A stretch of DNA of 64,000 bases from Syntrophobacteraceae bacterium (GCA_049976905.1 JBMFHI010000001.1:27149-91148); one strand, 5' to 3'. Shown: positions 42,326 through 52,611, counted from the stretch's first letter. Notes: generated by a model from the letters alone, not told the origin. Program-made: numbers and translations.

Positions 42326-44026
42326 ATGGGAAAAGAAATTGTCTCGGAATCGGCGCTCGATCGTATCGAGAAGGAACACGCCGAATGGCTGGAGGAATAC
42401 CGCAAGGCGCTGACAAAAGTTCCCAAGAGGCAGGAACGGTTTTCAACAGTCTCGGACCTTGAGGTAAAGCAGCTTTATACGCCGCTTGACATGCACGATA
42501 AGGATTTTTCAGAACACATCGGTTTTCCGGGCCAATACCCCTATACCCGCGGCGTTCAGAGCACGATGTACCGGGGGCGCCCCTGGACCATGCGGATGTT
42601 TGCCGGGATGGGAAACGCCGACGATACCAACAATCGCTTCCACTACCTTATCAATCACGGAGAAACCGGTCTAAGCACCGCCTTCGACTTTCCGACCCTT
42701 ATGGGCTACGATTCGGCTTCGCCTCTTGCCCGCGGTGAATGCGGCAAATGCGGCGTTGCCATCGATACGCTCGAAGACATGGGGAGGTTGTTTGCAAACA
42801 TTAACCTGGAGCAGGTAACCACCTCGATGACCATCAACCCGCCCGCTTCCATCCTGTGGGCCATGTATATCGCCAATGCCGAAAAACAGGGGTTTTCGCG
42901 GAAAAAACTGGGCGGCACCATTCAAAACGATTGTCTTAAGGAATTCATCGCGCAGAAGACGCTCATGCTGCCTCCCGAGGCCAGCCTGAGGCTGGTTACC
43001 GATACGGTCGAATTCGGTACAAAAGAGGTTCCCCGGTGGAATACCATAAGCATAAGCGGTTATCATATCAGGGAAGCGGGGGCGACCGCGGTTCAGGAAC
43101 TTGCCTTCACGATCTATGATGGGATCACCTACGTTGAGGAAGCGATCAAAAGAGGGCTGAAAGTTGACGATTTTGCCGCCAGGCTCTCCTTTTTCTGGAA
43201 CTCGCACATAGATTTCTTTGAAGAAATCGCGAAGATGCGCGCAAGCAGGCGCTTGTGGGCAAGGATAATGAAGGAGCGTTTCGGGGCTAAACACCCAAAG
43301 TCGATGCTTATGCGTTTCCACACCCAGACCGCGGGCTGCTCTCTTACCGCTCAGGAGCCCTACAATAATGTGGTTCGCACCACCACAGAGGCTCTTGCCG
43401 CCGTTCTAGGCGGCACACAGTCGCTTCATACGAATTCTCTGGATGAGGTCTACATGATTCCAAGCGAGCAAGCGGCGCTGATCGCCTTGCGAACCCAGCA
43501 GATCCTCGCGGAGGAAACCGGTGTTACCAATGTGATCGATCCGCTGGGAGGCTCCTATTTTGTGGAGGCGCTTACCGATAAAATGGAACAGGAGGCCCTG
43601 GCCTACATTCGCAAACTCGATGAACTGGGCGGAATGGTCGCTGCCATTGAGCGCGACTATCCTCAGATGGAAATCGCCGATGCGGCCTTCCATTTTCAAA
43701 AACAGGTGGAAGCGGGGGAAAAAACCGTCATAGGGGTCAATAAATATGCCTCTGATCGTCCCGATCTGGAATTTATTCTAAAAATCGACGACCAAATCGA
43801 GCGCGACCAGATAGAGAGAACCGAGCGGTTTAAGGAAAATCGGGACAAAGCCGGGTTCCAAAAAGCCATGGATGAGCTCAGGCGCAGGTGCGAAGGGCCC
43901 CCGTGCTGGGATAACAACGTCATGCCGGCCCTTATCGAGGCCGTGCGCGCCGGAGCTACCGAGCAGGAATGCTGCGATCTCTACAGGAATGTCTTTGGTA
44001 CCTACACTGACCCGGGGTCATTTTAA
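42326..44026 (+). CDS. B12-dependent acyl-CoA mutase large (substrate-binding) subunit, isobutyryl-CoA-mutase type
   Basis: YPYTRGVQSTMYRGRPWTMRMFAGMG...GTIQNDCLKEFIAQK. There is Phe at 42599-42601 and Gln at 42953-42955, where methylmalonyl-CoA mutase has Tyr89 and Arg207 (118 residues apart in both). Confidence 0.85.
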   Translation: MGKEIVSESALDRIEKEHAEWLEEYRKALTKVPKRQERFSTVSDLEVKQLYTPLDMHDKDFSEHIGFPGQYPYTRGVQSTMYRGRPWTMRMFAGMGNADDTNNRFHYLINHGETGLSTAFDFPTLMGYDSASPLARGECGKCGVAIDTLEDMGRLFANINLEQVTTSMTINPPASILWAMYIANAEKQGFSRKKLGGTIQNDCLKEFIAQKTLMLPPEASLRLVTDTVEFGTKEVPRWNTISISGYHIREAGATAVQELAFTIYDGITYVEEAIKRGLKVDDFAARLSFFWNSHIDFFEEIAKMRASRRLWARIMKERFGAKHPKSMLMRFHTQTAGCSLTAQEPYNNVVRTTTEALAAVLGGTQSLHTNSLDEVYMIPSEQAALIALRTQQILAEETGVTNVIDPLGGSYFVEALTDKMEQEALAYIRKLDELGGMVAAIERDYPQMEIADAAFHFQKQVEAGEKTVIGVNKYASDRPDLEFILKIDDQIERDQIERTERFKENRDKAGFQKAMDELRRRCEGPPCWDNNVMPALIEAVRAGATEQECCDLYRNVFGTYTDPGSF

Positions 44027-44115
44027 AAGCGGTAGCAGGAAAAGACGGGCAAGAAGCGCTTTCATCCTGCTGCTTGCTCCCTGGTCCCCTCTACCTCATA
44101 GGAAGGATTGTTTCC

Positions 44116-44529
44116 ATGGCAAATGCGAGAAATCTTCGTATATTGGTTGCCAAACCGGGGCTCGACGGTCATGACCGCGGCGCCCGGATAGTAGCCCGCG
44201 CCTTTCGTGACGCCGGCTTTGAAGTCATCTACACAGGTTGTCATCAAACGCCCGAGCAGATTGTGAGCACGGCTATCCAGGAAGACGTCGATCTCATCGG
44301 GCTCTCCATTCTCTCCGGGGCTCACAGATACTCCTTCCCAAGAGTCCTCGAACTTTTGAAGGAAAACAATGCCGAAGATATTGCGGTCATCGGCGGGGGT
44401 ATTTTTCCTCTGGAGGATGTCCCCGTGCTCAAGGAAGCCGGCATAAAGGAGTTATTCGAGCCGGGGGCAAAACTTAGCGATATTATAGAGTGGGTCGGCA
44501 AAAACATCATCCCGCGCGCGGAGGCCTGA
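44116..44529 (+). CDS. acyl-CoA mutase small subunit (cobalamin-binding domain)
   Basis: ILVAKPGLDGHDRGARIVARAFRDAGFEVIY contains the DxHxxG B12-binding motif, and GLSILSGAH follows. The ATG at 44116 has GGAAGGA upstream. Confidence 0.85.
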   Translation: MANARNLRILVAKPGLDGHDRGARIVARAFRDAGFEVIYTGCHQTPEQIVSTAIQEDVDLIGLSILSGAHRYSFPRVLELLKENNAEDIAVIGGGIFPLEDVPVLKEAGIKELFEPGAKLSDIIEWVGKNIIPRAEA

Positions 44530-44611
44530 AGGAACTGTTTTAGGCGGCGTTAAAGTGCTTCACGAAGTGGCGGAGACCATATTTTTTGGCTCCGACAAAG
44601 GAGCTGGTTTC

Positions 44612-45568
44612 ATGGATATAATCCAAAAAATAGTTTCAGGCGATGTACGAACGATAGCTCGCATCCTGCGGGATATCGACGATGAACTTCCCTCCGCCAG
44701 GAGTGTCTTACAAGGGCTTTATCCCCACACGGGCAAAGCGCATATTGTTGGCTTCACCGGCTCCCCGGGCGTAGGCAAAAGTTCGCTTGTAGACCAAATC
44801 GCTACCTTTTACCGCAAGCAATCCAAAACGGTCGGCATCCTCGCCGTGGACCCCACCAGCCCTTTTACCGGCGGGGCGATCCTTGGCGATCGCATTCGGA
44901 TGCAGCGCCATTTCCTTGACCCCGGCGTTTTTATTCGCAGCCTTGCAACCCGTGGCCAGTTTGGCGGTCTTTCCAAATCCACCAACGATATGGTCAACGT
45001 TCTCGACGCGGCCGGCAAGGACCTTGTTCTGGTTGAAACGGTCGGGGTAGGGCAGGACGAAGTCGAAATCGCCAACAGCGCCCACACGACCGTGCTGGTT
45101 ATGATTCCGGGTATGGGAGACGATATACAGGCGATCAAGGCGGGCGTCATGGAGATTGGAAATATTTTCGTGGTAAACAAAGCCGACCGCGAAGGTTCCC
45201 GCAAGACCGTGCGCGAACTCATGAACCTGGTGGAAATTGGCGTAAGAAGGCGTAACGGCGATGAGTGGGAGCCGCAGATAATTGAGACCGAGGCCGTTAA
45301 GGGCCGTGGTATCGAAAAGCTTTGTCAGACAATTGAAGACCACAAGGCTTATCTAAAGGCCACGGGATCGCAAAGATGGCGCGAAACCGTGAAAAAGCGC
45401 ACGAGGATCCAACTGATGGGCGCGCTAAGAGATCGGGCACTTAAGGCCGTGCTCGAAAAAATCGAGCAGCGGGGGGACTGCCTGGATGATATGGTTGCAA
45501 AGATCGTCGACAGGCAATCAGACCCTTATACGGTGGTTCAGCAGATTGTGGAGAGTGTCTTGAGGTAA
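44612..45568 (+). CDS. meaB: MeaB/ArgK-type G-protein chaperone for B12 mutases
   Basis: P-loop GFTGSPGVGKSSL, then ETVGVGQDE and VVNKADR. The ATG at 44612 has AAAGGAG 8 nt upstream. The ORF track starts at GTG 44555. Confidence 0.9.
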   Translation: MDIIQKIVSGDVRTIARILRDIDDELPSARSVLQGLYPHTGKAHIVGFTGSPGVGKSSLVDQIATFYRKQSKTVGILAVDPTSPFTGGAILGDRIRMQRHFLDPGVFIRSLATRGQFGGLSKSTNDMVNVLDAAGKDLVLVETVGVGQDEVEIANSAHTTVLVMIPGMGDDIQAIKAGVMEIGNIFVVNKADREGSRKTVRELMNLVEIGVRRRNGDEWEPQIIETEAVKGRGIEKLCQTIEDHKAYLKATGSQRWRETVKKRTRIQLMGALRDRALKAVLEKIEQRGDCLDDMVAKIVDRQSDPYTVVQQIVESVLR

Positions 45569-45602
45569 ATCTGTAGTTCCATGCTCTAAGTCTAATTAAA
45601 AC

Positions 45603-45639
45603 AAACCGGCGATGCCACAGGGATCGCCGGTTTTATTTT
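45603..45639. terminator. bidirectional rho-independent terminator between meaB and hppA
   Basis: CCGGCGAT (45606-45613) pairs with ATCGCCGG (45623-45630). It is flanked by an A-rich run upstream and TTTTATTTT (45631-45639) downstream. Confidence 0.8.
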
Positions 45640-45670
45640 GCTCAAGCGGGGAAAAACAGACCGCTCGTTA

Positions 45671-47719
45671 TTACTTGGTCAACAGAGGCACGATAAGCAG
45701 CGCGACAATGTTGATGACCTTGATCATCGGGTTGATTGCCGGGCCTGCGGTGTCCTTGTACGGGTCGCCAACTGTATCGCCGGTGACAGCCGCCTTGTGG
45801 GCATCCGAACCCTTGCCGCCGTACATGCCGTCTTCGATGAACTTCTTGGCGTTATCCCAGGCGCCGCCGCCGCTGGTCATCGCGATGGCCTGGAAAAGAC
45901 CCGTGACGATAGCGCCGATCAGCAAGCCGCCCAGGGCTTCCTTGCCGATAAGAAAACCGACAACGATAGGAGCGGCAACCGGAATGAGGGCCGGAACCAT
46001 CATTTCCTTGATAGCGCTCTTGGTCACGATGTCGACGCATTTGCCGTATTCGGGCTTAGTGGTGCCTTCCATGATTCCGGGCAGTTCGCGGAACTGACGG
46101 CGAACTTCCTCAACAACGCCGCCTGCAGCCTTACCGACGGCTTCCATCAGAAGAGAACCGAAGAAGTAGGGCAGAAGACCGCCGATGAAAAGACCTACGA
46201 TGACCTTCGGGCTCGACAGGTCAAAGGTCATGCCGGGAACCGACCTTGAGTATTCTGCAAAGAGCACCAGCGCCGCAAGAGCTGCCGAACCGATAGCATA
46301 ACCCTTGGTAACGGCCTTGGTGGTGTTGCCAACCGCATCCAGAGGATCGGTGATGGCGCGTACACTTTCGGGAAGCTCGGCCATTTCGGCGATGCCACCC
46401 GCGTTGTCGGTAATCGGGCCGTAAGAGTCGATTGCCACTACGATACCGGTCATCGACAGCATGGCTACAGCCGAAAGAGCGATTGCGAAAAGACCGCCGC
46501 CGGGATTACCGGCAAAACCGCCGCCCAGCTGATAGGCCCAGACGATAGCGCCGCAGATTACCAGTGCCGGAGCCGCGGTTGACTTCATGCTGACTGCAAG
46601 ACCCGCGATAACGTTGGTGCCGTGGCCGGTGACGCTGGCTGCGGCAATGTGCTTAACGGGGTTAAAGCTCTTGGAAGTAAAGTACTCGGTGATCATAACG
46701 ATAGCGCCGGTCAATACCAGACCGATGAGTGCCGTTGTGAAAACGCTCATCGCGGTGAAACCGCCGGTCTTAAGACCGGGAATGGCCAGAAACCACTTCG
46801 ATGCGAAATAGAAGGCGCCCGCGGCCAGAAGACCGGAGACTGCCAGCCCCTTGTAGAGAGCGCCCATGATGTATTCGTTCTTGCCGAGGCGAACGAAGTA
46901 GGTGCCGATGATCGAGGCTATGATCGAGATGCCGCCGATAAGGAGCGGGAACTCGACCCAGGGGCTGTCGGCGCCAAAAACCGTTTTGGCCAGAAGCATT
47001 GCGGCCACCAGCGTAACGGTGTAGGTCTCGTAGAGGTCGGCAGCCATGCCTGCGCAGTCGCCAACGTTGTCGCCAACGTTGTCGGCGATAACGGCGGCGT
47101 TTCTCGGATCGTCTTCCGGAATGCCCGCTTCGACTTTACCAACCAGGTCGGCGCCAACATCGGCGGCCTTGGTATAGATACCACCGGCGATACGAGCGAA
47201 AACGCTCATGAGAGAACAACCGAAACCAAGGCCTACCAGAGCGTGGAAAACCTGCTCGGTGGGTGCCATCGACTTTGCCACAAGATAGTAGCCGGTAAGG
47301 CCGAGAAGGCCGAGGCCAACGACCATGATACCGGTAACCGAACCGCCCTTGAAGGCCACTGAGAGGGCATTCTGCAGGCCGGTTTTGGCGGCTTCGGTCG
47401 TACGTACGTTTGCCTTAACCGATACCGTCATGCCGATGTAGCCGGCCAGAGCCGAACCGCATGCGCCAATAACGAATCCGATTGCGGTCCAGATACCAAG
47501 ATAGCTAAGAAGTCCCGCGATGACAACGCCTACGACTGCAACGGTTTTGTATTCTCTGCTGAGAAATGCCTGCGACCCTTCGCGGATAGCGTCCGAGATT
47601 GCCTGCATTTTCTCGGAACCCGCGCTTTGTTTGGATACCCACGCCGCGGTCACCAGCGCATAAAGCACGCCGAGACCACCACAAGCGAGGGCAAACATTT
47701 CGATTACACTAGCTTTCAT
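45671..47719 (-). CDS. hppA: membrane-bound proton-translocating pyrophosphatase, K+-independent type
   Basis: About 16-TM protein with [14 protein letters not shown] and DNAGGIAEM, plus [16 protein letters not shown] (Lys/Thr variant, where K+-dependent enzymes have GNTTAA.GKG). Confidence 0.95.
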   Translation of the reverse strand: MKASVIEMFALACGGLGVLYALVTAAWVSKQSAGSEKMQAISDAIREGSQAFLSREYKTVAVVGVVIAGLLSYLGIWTAIGFVIGACGSALAGYIGMTVSVKANVRTTEAAKTGLQNALSVAFKGGSVTGIMVVGLGLLGLTGYYLVAKSMAPTEQVFHALVGLGFGCSLMSVFARIAGGIYTKAADVGADLVGKVEAGIPEDDPRNAAVIADNVGDNVGDCAGMAADLYETYTVTLVAAMLLAKTVFGADSPWVEFPLLIGGISIIASIIGTYFVRLGKNEYIMGALYKGLAVSGLLAAGAFYFASKWFLAIPGLKTGGFTAMSVFTTALIGLVLTGAIVMITEYFTSKSFNPVKHIAAASVTGHGTNVIAGLAVSMKSTAAPALVICGAIVWAYQLGGGFAGNPGGGLFAIALSAVAMLSMTGIVVAIDSYGPITDNAGGIAEMAELPESVRAITDPLDAVGNTTKAVTKGYAIGSAALAALVLFAEYSRSVPGMTFDLSSPKVIVGLFIGGLLPYFFGSLLMEAVGKAAGGVVEEVRRQFRELPGIMEGTTKPEYGKCVDIVTKSAIKEMMVPALIPVAAPIVVGFLIGKEALGGLLIGAIVTGLFQAIAMTSGGGAWDNAKKFIEDGMYGGKGSDAHKAAVTGDTVGDPYKDTAGPAINPMIKVINIVALLIVPLLTK

Positions 47720-48158
47720 TTAGACCTCCTTGTAAGTGTTGATTTGATGGAAAATGAAATGATTACAACTTGAGTGGCTTAGCGCCCCTCGAACTTCAAC
47801 CTGATTTTCTTAGGTCCTCCTTCCAGCAAGATTATCTCTACGGACATCGAAATAAAAAGCCCGTAAAAAGCTATTGGAATCGTCGAAAAACGGTCATGCC
47901 GCTTGGAGTCTTTCCGTCTCGTTCCGGCAGAAGGCCGTAGAGCGGACCGGACCAAAACTGGTTAGTCTGGTGGGTGCGCAGATGAGGCGGATTAATGACT
48001 CACCTTCTTATAAACATATCCGTTTAAAACCCTTTTTTAGCCAACCTGTTTACAAAGGAAAAAGGAACTAAAGTGACCTTCCACGCGGGCGTCAAACCTA
48101 ATAGAAGCCTGCCTTAATGTCAAGAGAAAGTCATCACGAGCGCAAAAAAGATGACCCT

Positions 48159-48923
48159 TCAGATGAGCGTTTCCTCTCCCGGTTCGGGCAAAAATACCTC
48201 GGTGTCGCAAACGCTGTGTATTAGCCGGGATATTTCCCCTCGCCTTAGCCTTCTTTCATTTCGTTCCATGTGAACAAGGGCCAGACGGGAAACATGTGCC
48301 TTTCTCCCAAAGTCTATGCATTCCAAAATCGTTGAATGTCCTGGTATTGCATTGTCGATTCGAAAAGCTTCGTGAATCGCCAGGTCTGCTCCTCGGGCAA
48401 GGGAAAGCGTCTCTTCGGTTGGCGGTCCGTCGCCGTTGTAAAAAAGAGATTTTCCCGCTTTTTCGATACGAACCGCGAGATTTCTTCGCAAGTGAGCGTT
48501 TAAGGCGCATCTCCAGCTAACTGCCGCACAATTTAGAACTTGCCCCGGCTCGACCGAAATAAAGTTAAGTTCAAAGCAGAGCTTGCTCAATAGCGAAGGA
48601 TAGGCCAGCCCGACGGTTTTTTGCACTATTTCCGCAATCCCCTGCTGCCCGATGATAGCCAGAGGTTTTTTGCGCTTCATTTCCTGGAAACGCAATAGAA
48701 GAGCGGGGAGGCCAAAAAAATGGTCGCCGTGGAAATGAGATATCCAGATCGCCTCGAGTCGTTCCGGGTCGGGGCAGCTTCGCAAAAAAGGAGGGGGCAC
48801 CGTGGGGCCGCAGTCTAGGAGGATGCAGTGCCAATCGCTGTTTTCTTCCACAACTACTTGTATTGAGGTGTTTGGAAGTTTCTCGTCGACGGCTTCGCCA
48901 ACTCCGATGAATTTAATTTTCAT
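48159..48923 (-). CDS. MBL-fold metallo-hydrolase (RNase Z-like)
   Basis: HxHxDH motif ISHFHGDHFFG and a later conserved His (IHEAF...GHST). Confidence 0.8.
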   Translation of the reverse strand: MKIKFIGVGEAVDEKLPNTSIQVVVEENSDWHCILLDCGPTVPPPFLRSCPDPERLEAIWISHFHGDHFFGLPALLLRFQEMKRKKPLAIIGQQGIAEIVQKTVGLAYPSLLSKLCFELNFISVEPGQVLNCAAVSWRCALNAHLRRNLAVRIEKAGKSLFYNGDGPPTEETLSLARGADLAIHEAFRIDNAIPGHSTILECIDFGRKAHVSRLALVHMERNERRLRRGEISRLIHSVCDTEVFLPEPGEETLI

Positions 48924-49073
48924 TCTCGATAGTCCTTGGAAACTTATTTGTAATAAAATACGTCATGGCTTACCTTACTGCATTGATCGAACTCAAAAGG
49001 GGTTTATTTTAAAAATTGGGGTGATTGGGTCCTTCGTGCCTGCAGGCAATGTATAAAATTGTGGAGAAAACTA

Positions 49074-51995
49074 ATGGCGGCAAGAGAAAAATTCGAACTG
49101 GTTTTTGAAAGGCAAGTCCGTGAAATAAAAAGTCTGGTGCGCTTCTATAAGCATATAGCGACCGGCGCCGAGGTGCTTTCCGTAATAAACGAGGATGAGA
49201 ACAAAGTTTTCGGCGTCTGTTTTCGCACCCCCCCATCCGATTCGACCGGGGTCGCCCATATTCTTGAACACTCCGTTTTGTGCGGATCACGAAAATACCC
49301 GCTAAAGGAGCCTTTCGTTCAACTCGTAAAGGGTTCTCTCAAGACTTTTCTAAATGCCTTCACTTATCCGGACAAGACATGCTATCCGGTTGCCAGTCAA
49401 AATGTCCAGGATTTCTACAATCTCGTGGACGTCTACCTCGACGCGGTCTTTTACCCGCGCCTTAATCCCTTCGTCCTCCAGCAGGAGGGCTGGCACTACG
49501 AGTTGAGTCAACCCGAAGCGCCGCTTGAAATTAAGGGGGTTGTCTACAACGAGATGAAAGGGGTCTATTCCTCCGCCGACAGCATGCTCCTTGAGCTTAC
49601 CCAGCAGTCCCTTTTCCCGGGCAACACCTACGGGCTCGACTCCGGTGGCGACCCCAAGGTGATTCCGACTCTAACCTACGAAAAATTTAAATCTTTCTAC
49701 GATGATTTCTATCATCCCTCCAACTCCAGGATTTTCTTCTACGGTAATGACGATCCGGAGCGCAGGCTTGAAATTATCGAGGACTATCTCAAGGATTTTA
49801 CCCGGGCGAAAGTCCAATCCTCCGTGGTTTTGCAGGAGCCGGCGACCTTGCCTTCAAGGATTGTTCGCTCCTTTGGCGTTAGCGGAGAGCAGGCCACGGC
49901 CGATGGTCCCAAGGCCATGATGACGCTTAACTGGCTTCTTCCCGAGTCAACCGGGGCAGACCTCAATCTCGCCTTTCAGGTCCTGGAATACGTGCTGATC
50001 GGAATGCCGGGTTCGCCTCTTAGACGCGCGCTAATCGAATCCAGGCTGGGTGAAGATCTGGCCGGGGTTGGCCTTGAAACCGATTTGCGGCGCCTCTACT
50101 TTTCCACGGGACTAAAGGGCATTCAGGCCGAGGATGCCGCAAAGATTGAAGGCTTGATCCTCGATACCCTCTCCGACCTTGCCCGAAACGGTATCGACTC
50201 TTCTTTGATCGAAGCCGCGCTAAATACCATCGAGTTCAGGCTTCGCGAAAACAACTACGGAAGTTTTCCCCAGGGCCTCGTTTTGATGCTGCGCTCCCTT
50301 GCAACCTGGCTCCATGATGAGGATCCGCTTTCCCTGCCGGCTTTTGAGCCCGTTCTTGGCAGGGTTAAGGAAAATCTCAAATCGGCGGGTTTTCTAGAAG
50401 ATCTGATCCGCCGCTATTTCCTTGAAAATGCCCAAAGAACCCTTGTATTGCTAAAACCGGAGGCCGGACTGGCGCAAAGAGAACAGGAAGAGGAAACCAA
50501 AAGGCTCGAGGCGATTAAGCGTTCGTTTTCAGCCGAAGAGGTTCGGGGCGTGATCGAAAACGCCCAAATCCTTGAAAAGATGCAATCCGCGCCCGATTCC
50601 GCCGAAGCCCTTGCAACCATTCCGGTTCTAAAGGTTGGAGATCTGGACAGGCAAAACAAGCTGATTCCGATCGAATCCTGGCCGCTCGACGGTGTTTCCG
50701 GCTTCTATCACGATCTTTTCACCAGCTCCATAACCTATCTCGATGTCGGGTTCAACCTTCGGGGGCTGCCTCGTGAGTTTCTGCCCTACGCTCCCCTTTT
50801 TGGCCGCCTCCTTTTGGAGATGGGGACCAAATTCCAGGATTTTGCCTCACTGTCTCAAAAAATAAGCCGAAAAACCGGTGGAATTCACCCGGAACTCTTC
50901 TCCTCCTCCGTAATGGGCGATAGCGCGCCTGCGACCTGGCTTTTTCTAAGGGGTAAATGCATGGCCTCCCGGACCCCTGAACTGGCGCAAATTCTTGCCG
51001 AAATCCTTGGGGCCGTAAAGCTCGACGACAAGGAGCGGTTCCGGCAGATCGTGCTCGAAGAAAAAGCGAGACAGGAAAGAAAATTTGTTCCAAGCGGCCA
51101 TCAAGTGATAAATCAGCGCATCCGAGCTCATTTCAATCTTGCCGATTGGGTAAAGGAGCTAACCGATGGGATAAGCTATTTTCTTTTCCTGGGAAATCTT
51201 GCTCAAAAAATCGATCAGGACTGGAAAGGCGTGCTCTCGGATTTGGAAAAAGTCCGCGGGTTGCTCGTAAACCGCTCCTCGACGGTATTTAATCTCACTG
51301 CCGATAAAAATGATCTCCAAACGATCGAACCTGCCGTGCGCACTATTCTCGACTCCCTTCCAGATTTTACGCCTGCGCTCCCGGAGTGGCAGCCCGCGCT
51401 GTTTCCCGAATTTGAGGGCATCATTGTGCCCTCGCAGGTAAACTTCGTGGGAAAGGGCGCTAACCTCTACAGCGCGGGATATGTGGCCAACGGTTCGGGT
51501 AAGGTCATTTCCGGCTATCTCGGCAGTACCTGGCTTTGGGAAAAGGTGAGGGTGCAGGGTGGCGCTTACGGCGGATTTTGCGTTTTGGACCGCATGTCCG
51601 GGGTCTTTACCTTCCTTTCCTATCGCGATCCGAATTTAATGAAAACCGTGGAAAATTTTGACGGTGCCGCTCAATTTCTCCGCGATGCGGATATCTCCGA
51701 AGATGAGGTGGCAAAATCCATAGTCGGCGCCATTGGAGAGATCGATTCCTATATGCTGCCCGATAGAAAGGGCTATGTGTCGCTGCTGCGCGCCTTCATC
51801 GGCGAAACCGATGAAATCCGCCAGCAGATGCGCGAACAGGTCCTGGCGACTACCGTAAAGGATTTTAGAGAATTTGCCCATTCCCTCGATAAGGTTAAAA
51901 ATGACGGCATAGTCAAGGTTTTGGGCTCGCAGACCGCCATTGAATCGGCTCTGGCAGAGCGCCCCGGGTGGTTAAACACTTTGAGGTTGCTCTGA
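49074..51995 (+). CDS. M16-family zinc metallopeptidase (PreP/insulinase-like, ~970 aa)
   Basis: Inverted zinc motif HILEHSVLCGS (HxxEH) and NAFTYPDKTCYP. The length and four-domain layout match presequence-protease-like M16C enzymes. The ATG at 49074 has GGAGA 6 nt upstream. The ORF track starts at TTG 49059. Confidence 0.85.
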   Translation: MAAREKFELVFERQVREIKSLVRFYKHIATGAEVLSVINEDENKVFGVCFRTPPSDSTGVAHILEHSVLCGSRKYPLKEPFVQLVKGSLKTFLNAFTYPDKTCYPVASQNVQDFYNLVDVYLDAVFYPRLNPFVLQQEGWHYELSQPEAPLEIKGVVYNEMKGVYSSADSMLLELTQQSLFPGNTYGLDSGGDPKVIPTLTYEKFKSFYDDFYHPSNSRIFFYGNDDPERRLEIIEDYLKDFTRAKVQSSVVLQEPATLPSRIVRSFGVSGEQATADGPKAMMTLNWLLPESTGADLNLAFQVLEYVLIGMPGSPLRRALIESRLGEDLAGVGLETDLRRLYFSTGLKGIQAEDAAKIEGLILDTLSDLARNGIDSSLIEAALNTIEFRLRENNYGSFPQGLVLMLRSLATWLHDEDPLSLPAFEPVLGRVKENLKSAGFLEDLIRRYFLENAQRTLVLLKPEAGLAQREQEEETKRLEAIKRSFSAEEVRGVIENAQILEKMQSAPDSAEALATIPVLKVGDLDRQNKLIPIESWPLDGVSGFYHDLFTSSITYLDVGFNLRGLPREFLPYAPLFGRLLLEMGTKFQDFASLSQKISRKTGGIHPELFSSSVMGDSAPATWLFLRGKCMASRTPELAQILAEILGAVKLDDKERFRQIVLEEKARQERKFVPSGHQVINQRIRAHFNLADWVKELTDGISYFLFLGNLAQKIDQDWKGVLSDLEKVRGLLVNRSSTVFNLTADKNDLQTIEPAVRTILDSLPDFTPALPEWQPALFPEFEGIIVPSQVNFVGKGANLYSAGYVANGSGKVISGYLGSTWLWEKVRVQGGAYGGFCVLDRMSGVFTFLSYRDPNLMKTVENFDGAAQFLRDADISEDEVAKSIVGAIGEIDSYMLPDRKGYVSLLRAFIGETDEIRQQMREQVLATTVKDFREFAHSLDKVKNDGIVKVLGSQTAIESALAERPGWLNTLRLL

Positions 51996-52040
51996 TAAAA
52001 AGCGGAAAGCGGGAAGAGCGCTCAGCTCCCCGCTTTCCGC
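51996..52040 (-). terminator. rho-independent terminator for the 61-aa gene (also closes the M16 gene)
   Basis: Perfect 12-bp stem GCGGAAAGCGGG (52002-52013) / CCCGCTTTCCGC (52029-52040). On the minus strand it is followed by TTTTTAT. Confidence 0.7.
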
Positions 52041-52052
52041 CATGGCCGGATT

Positions 52053-52238
52053 TTATAATTTTTCAGGCTTGCACAGATTCTTTTCCTGGGCTGCCGCCCT
52101 TCCGCAGTTGTTGCAAACATATCCCGGATTTCTCACCAGGTTTTTATATTCCTCCAAATTCGACTGTATAAATCCGATATTTTGCAGATAGCAGAGGTGT
52201 TCTTCGTGATGAGGATGAGGCATTTTCTTCTCGGCCAT
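52053..52238 (-). CDS. small Cys/His-containing protein (61 aa), unknown function
   Basis: MAEKKMPHPHHEEHLCYLQ...YVCNNCGRAAAQEKNLCKPEKL. There is an AAGGAA-type SD upstream of the ATG at 52238 and a terminator downstream. Confidence 0.5.
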   Translation of the reverse strand: MAEKKMPHPHHEEHLCYLQNIGFIQSNLEEYKNLVRNPGYVCNNCGRAAAQEKNLCKPEKL

Positions 52239-52428
52239 TTCGTCGTTCCTTTCCCTGGGAAATGCTGCTGGCTCAAAATGCGCTGTGCCCAATGTAAACA
52301 TCCGCGCATAAGAGGGCAATAGCGCAGCCTATGCAACACTTTCGGGAAAAAACTCCGGCAGTTTATTTCGAGGCTTGGCCTGGGAATTTTTAAACAGGGG
52401 CAGGGGGGGCGGTGAGGACAATCGTCTC

Positions 52429-52611
52429 TTAGCCGTCTTCGTCTTCGGTCTGGCCGCCAATGAGGCTGTTAAGTTTTTCTATCAGGGGACCCTGGGACTT
52501 GGAGCATTTTTCGCAAGAGCCCAGGTGGTCCAGAAACATAGTAATGTTCCATCCTTCGCAAGTCTTCATCCCTAATTCCATGGGGTCTTTCCCACAAAGG
52601 AGTTTTAGCAT
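52429..52611 (-). CDS. small protein with zf-HC2-like H-x3-C-x2-C motif (60 aa)
   Basis: MKTCEGWNITMFLDHLGSCEKC resembles the N-terminal zinc-finger of anti-sigma factors. There is no TM segment and no sigma factor nearby. Confidence 0.35.
   Translation of the reverse strand: MLKLLCGKDPMELGMKTCEGWNITMFLDHLGSCEKCSKSQGPLIEKLNSLIGGQTEDEDG

Noticed and set aside
45612-47362. Several 160-250-aa plus-strand ORFs (45612-46097, 45638-46249, 46622-47362)
   Set aside because: They are antisense to hppA, whose translation has unmistakable pyrophosphatase motifs. These are shadow frames of a GC-rich gene. The same reasoning applies to antisense ORFs inside the pst permeases, the Lon-like gene and the RND pump.
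48966-48982. TGGCTTACCTTACTGCA, a sigma54-like motif between the MBL gene and the M16 gene
   Set aside because: The spacing between the GG and GC elements is one base too long, which normally abolishes sigma54 promoter function.
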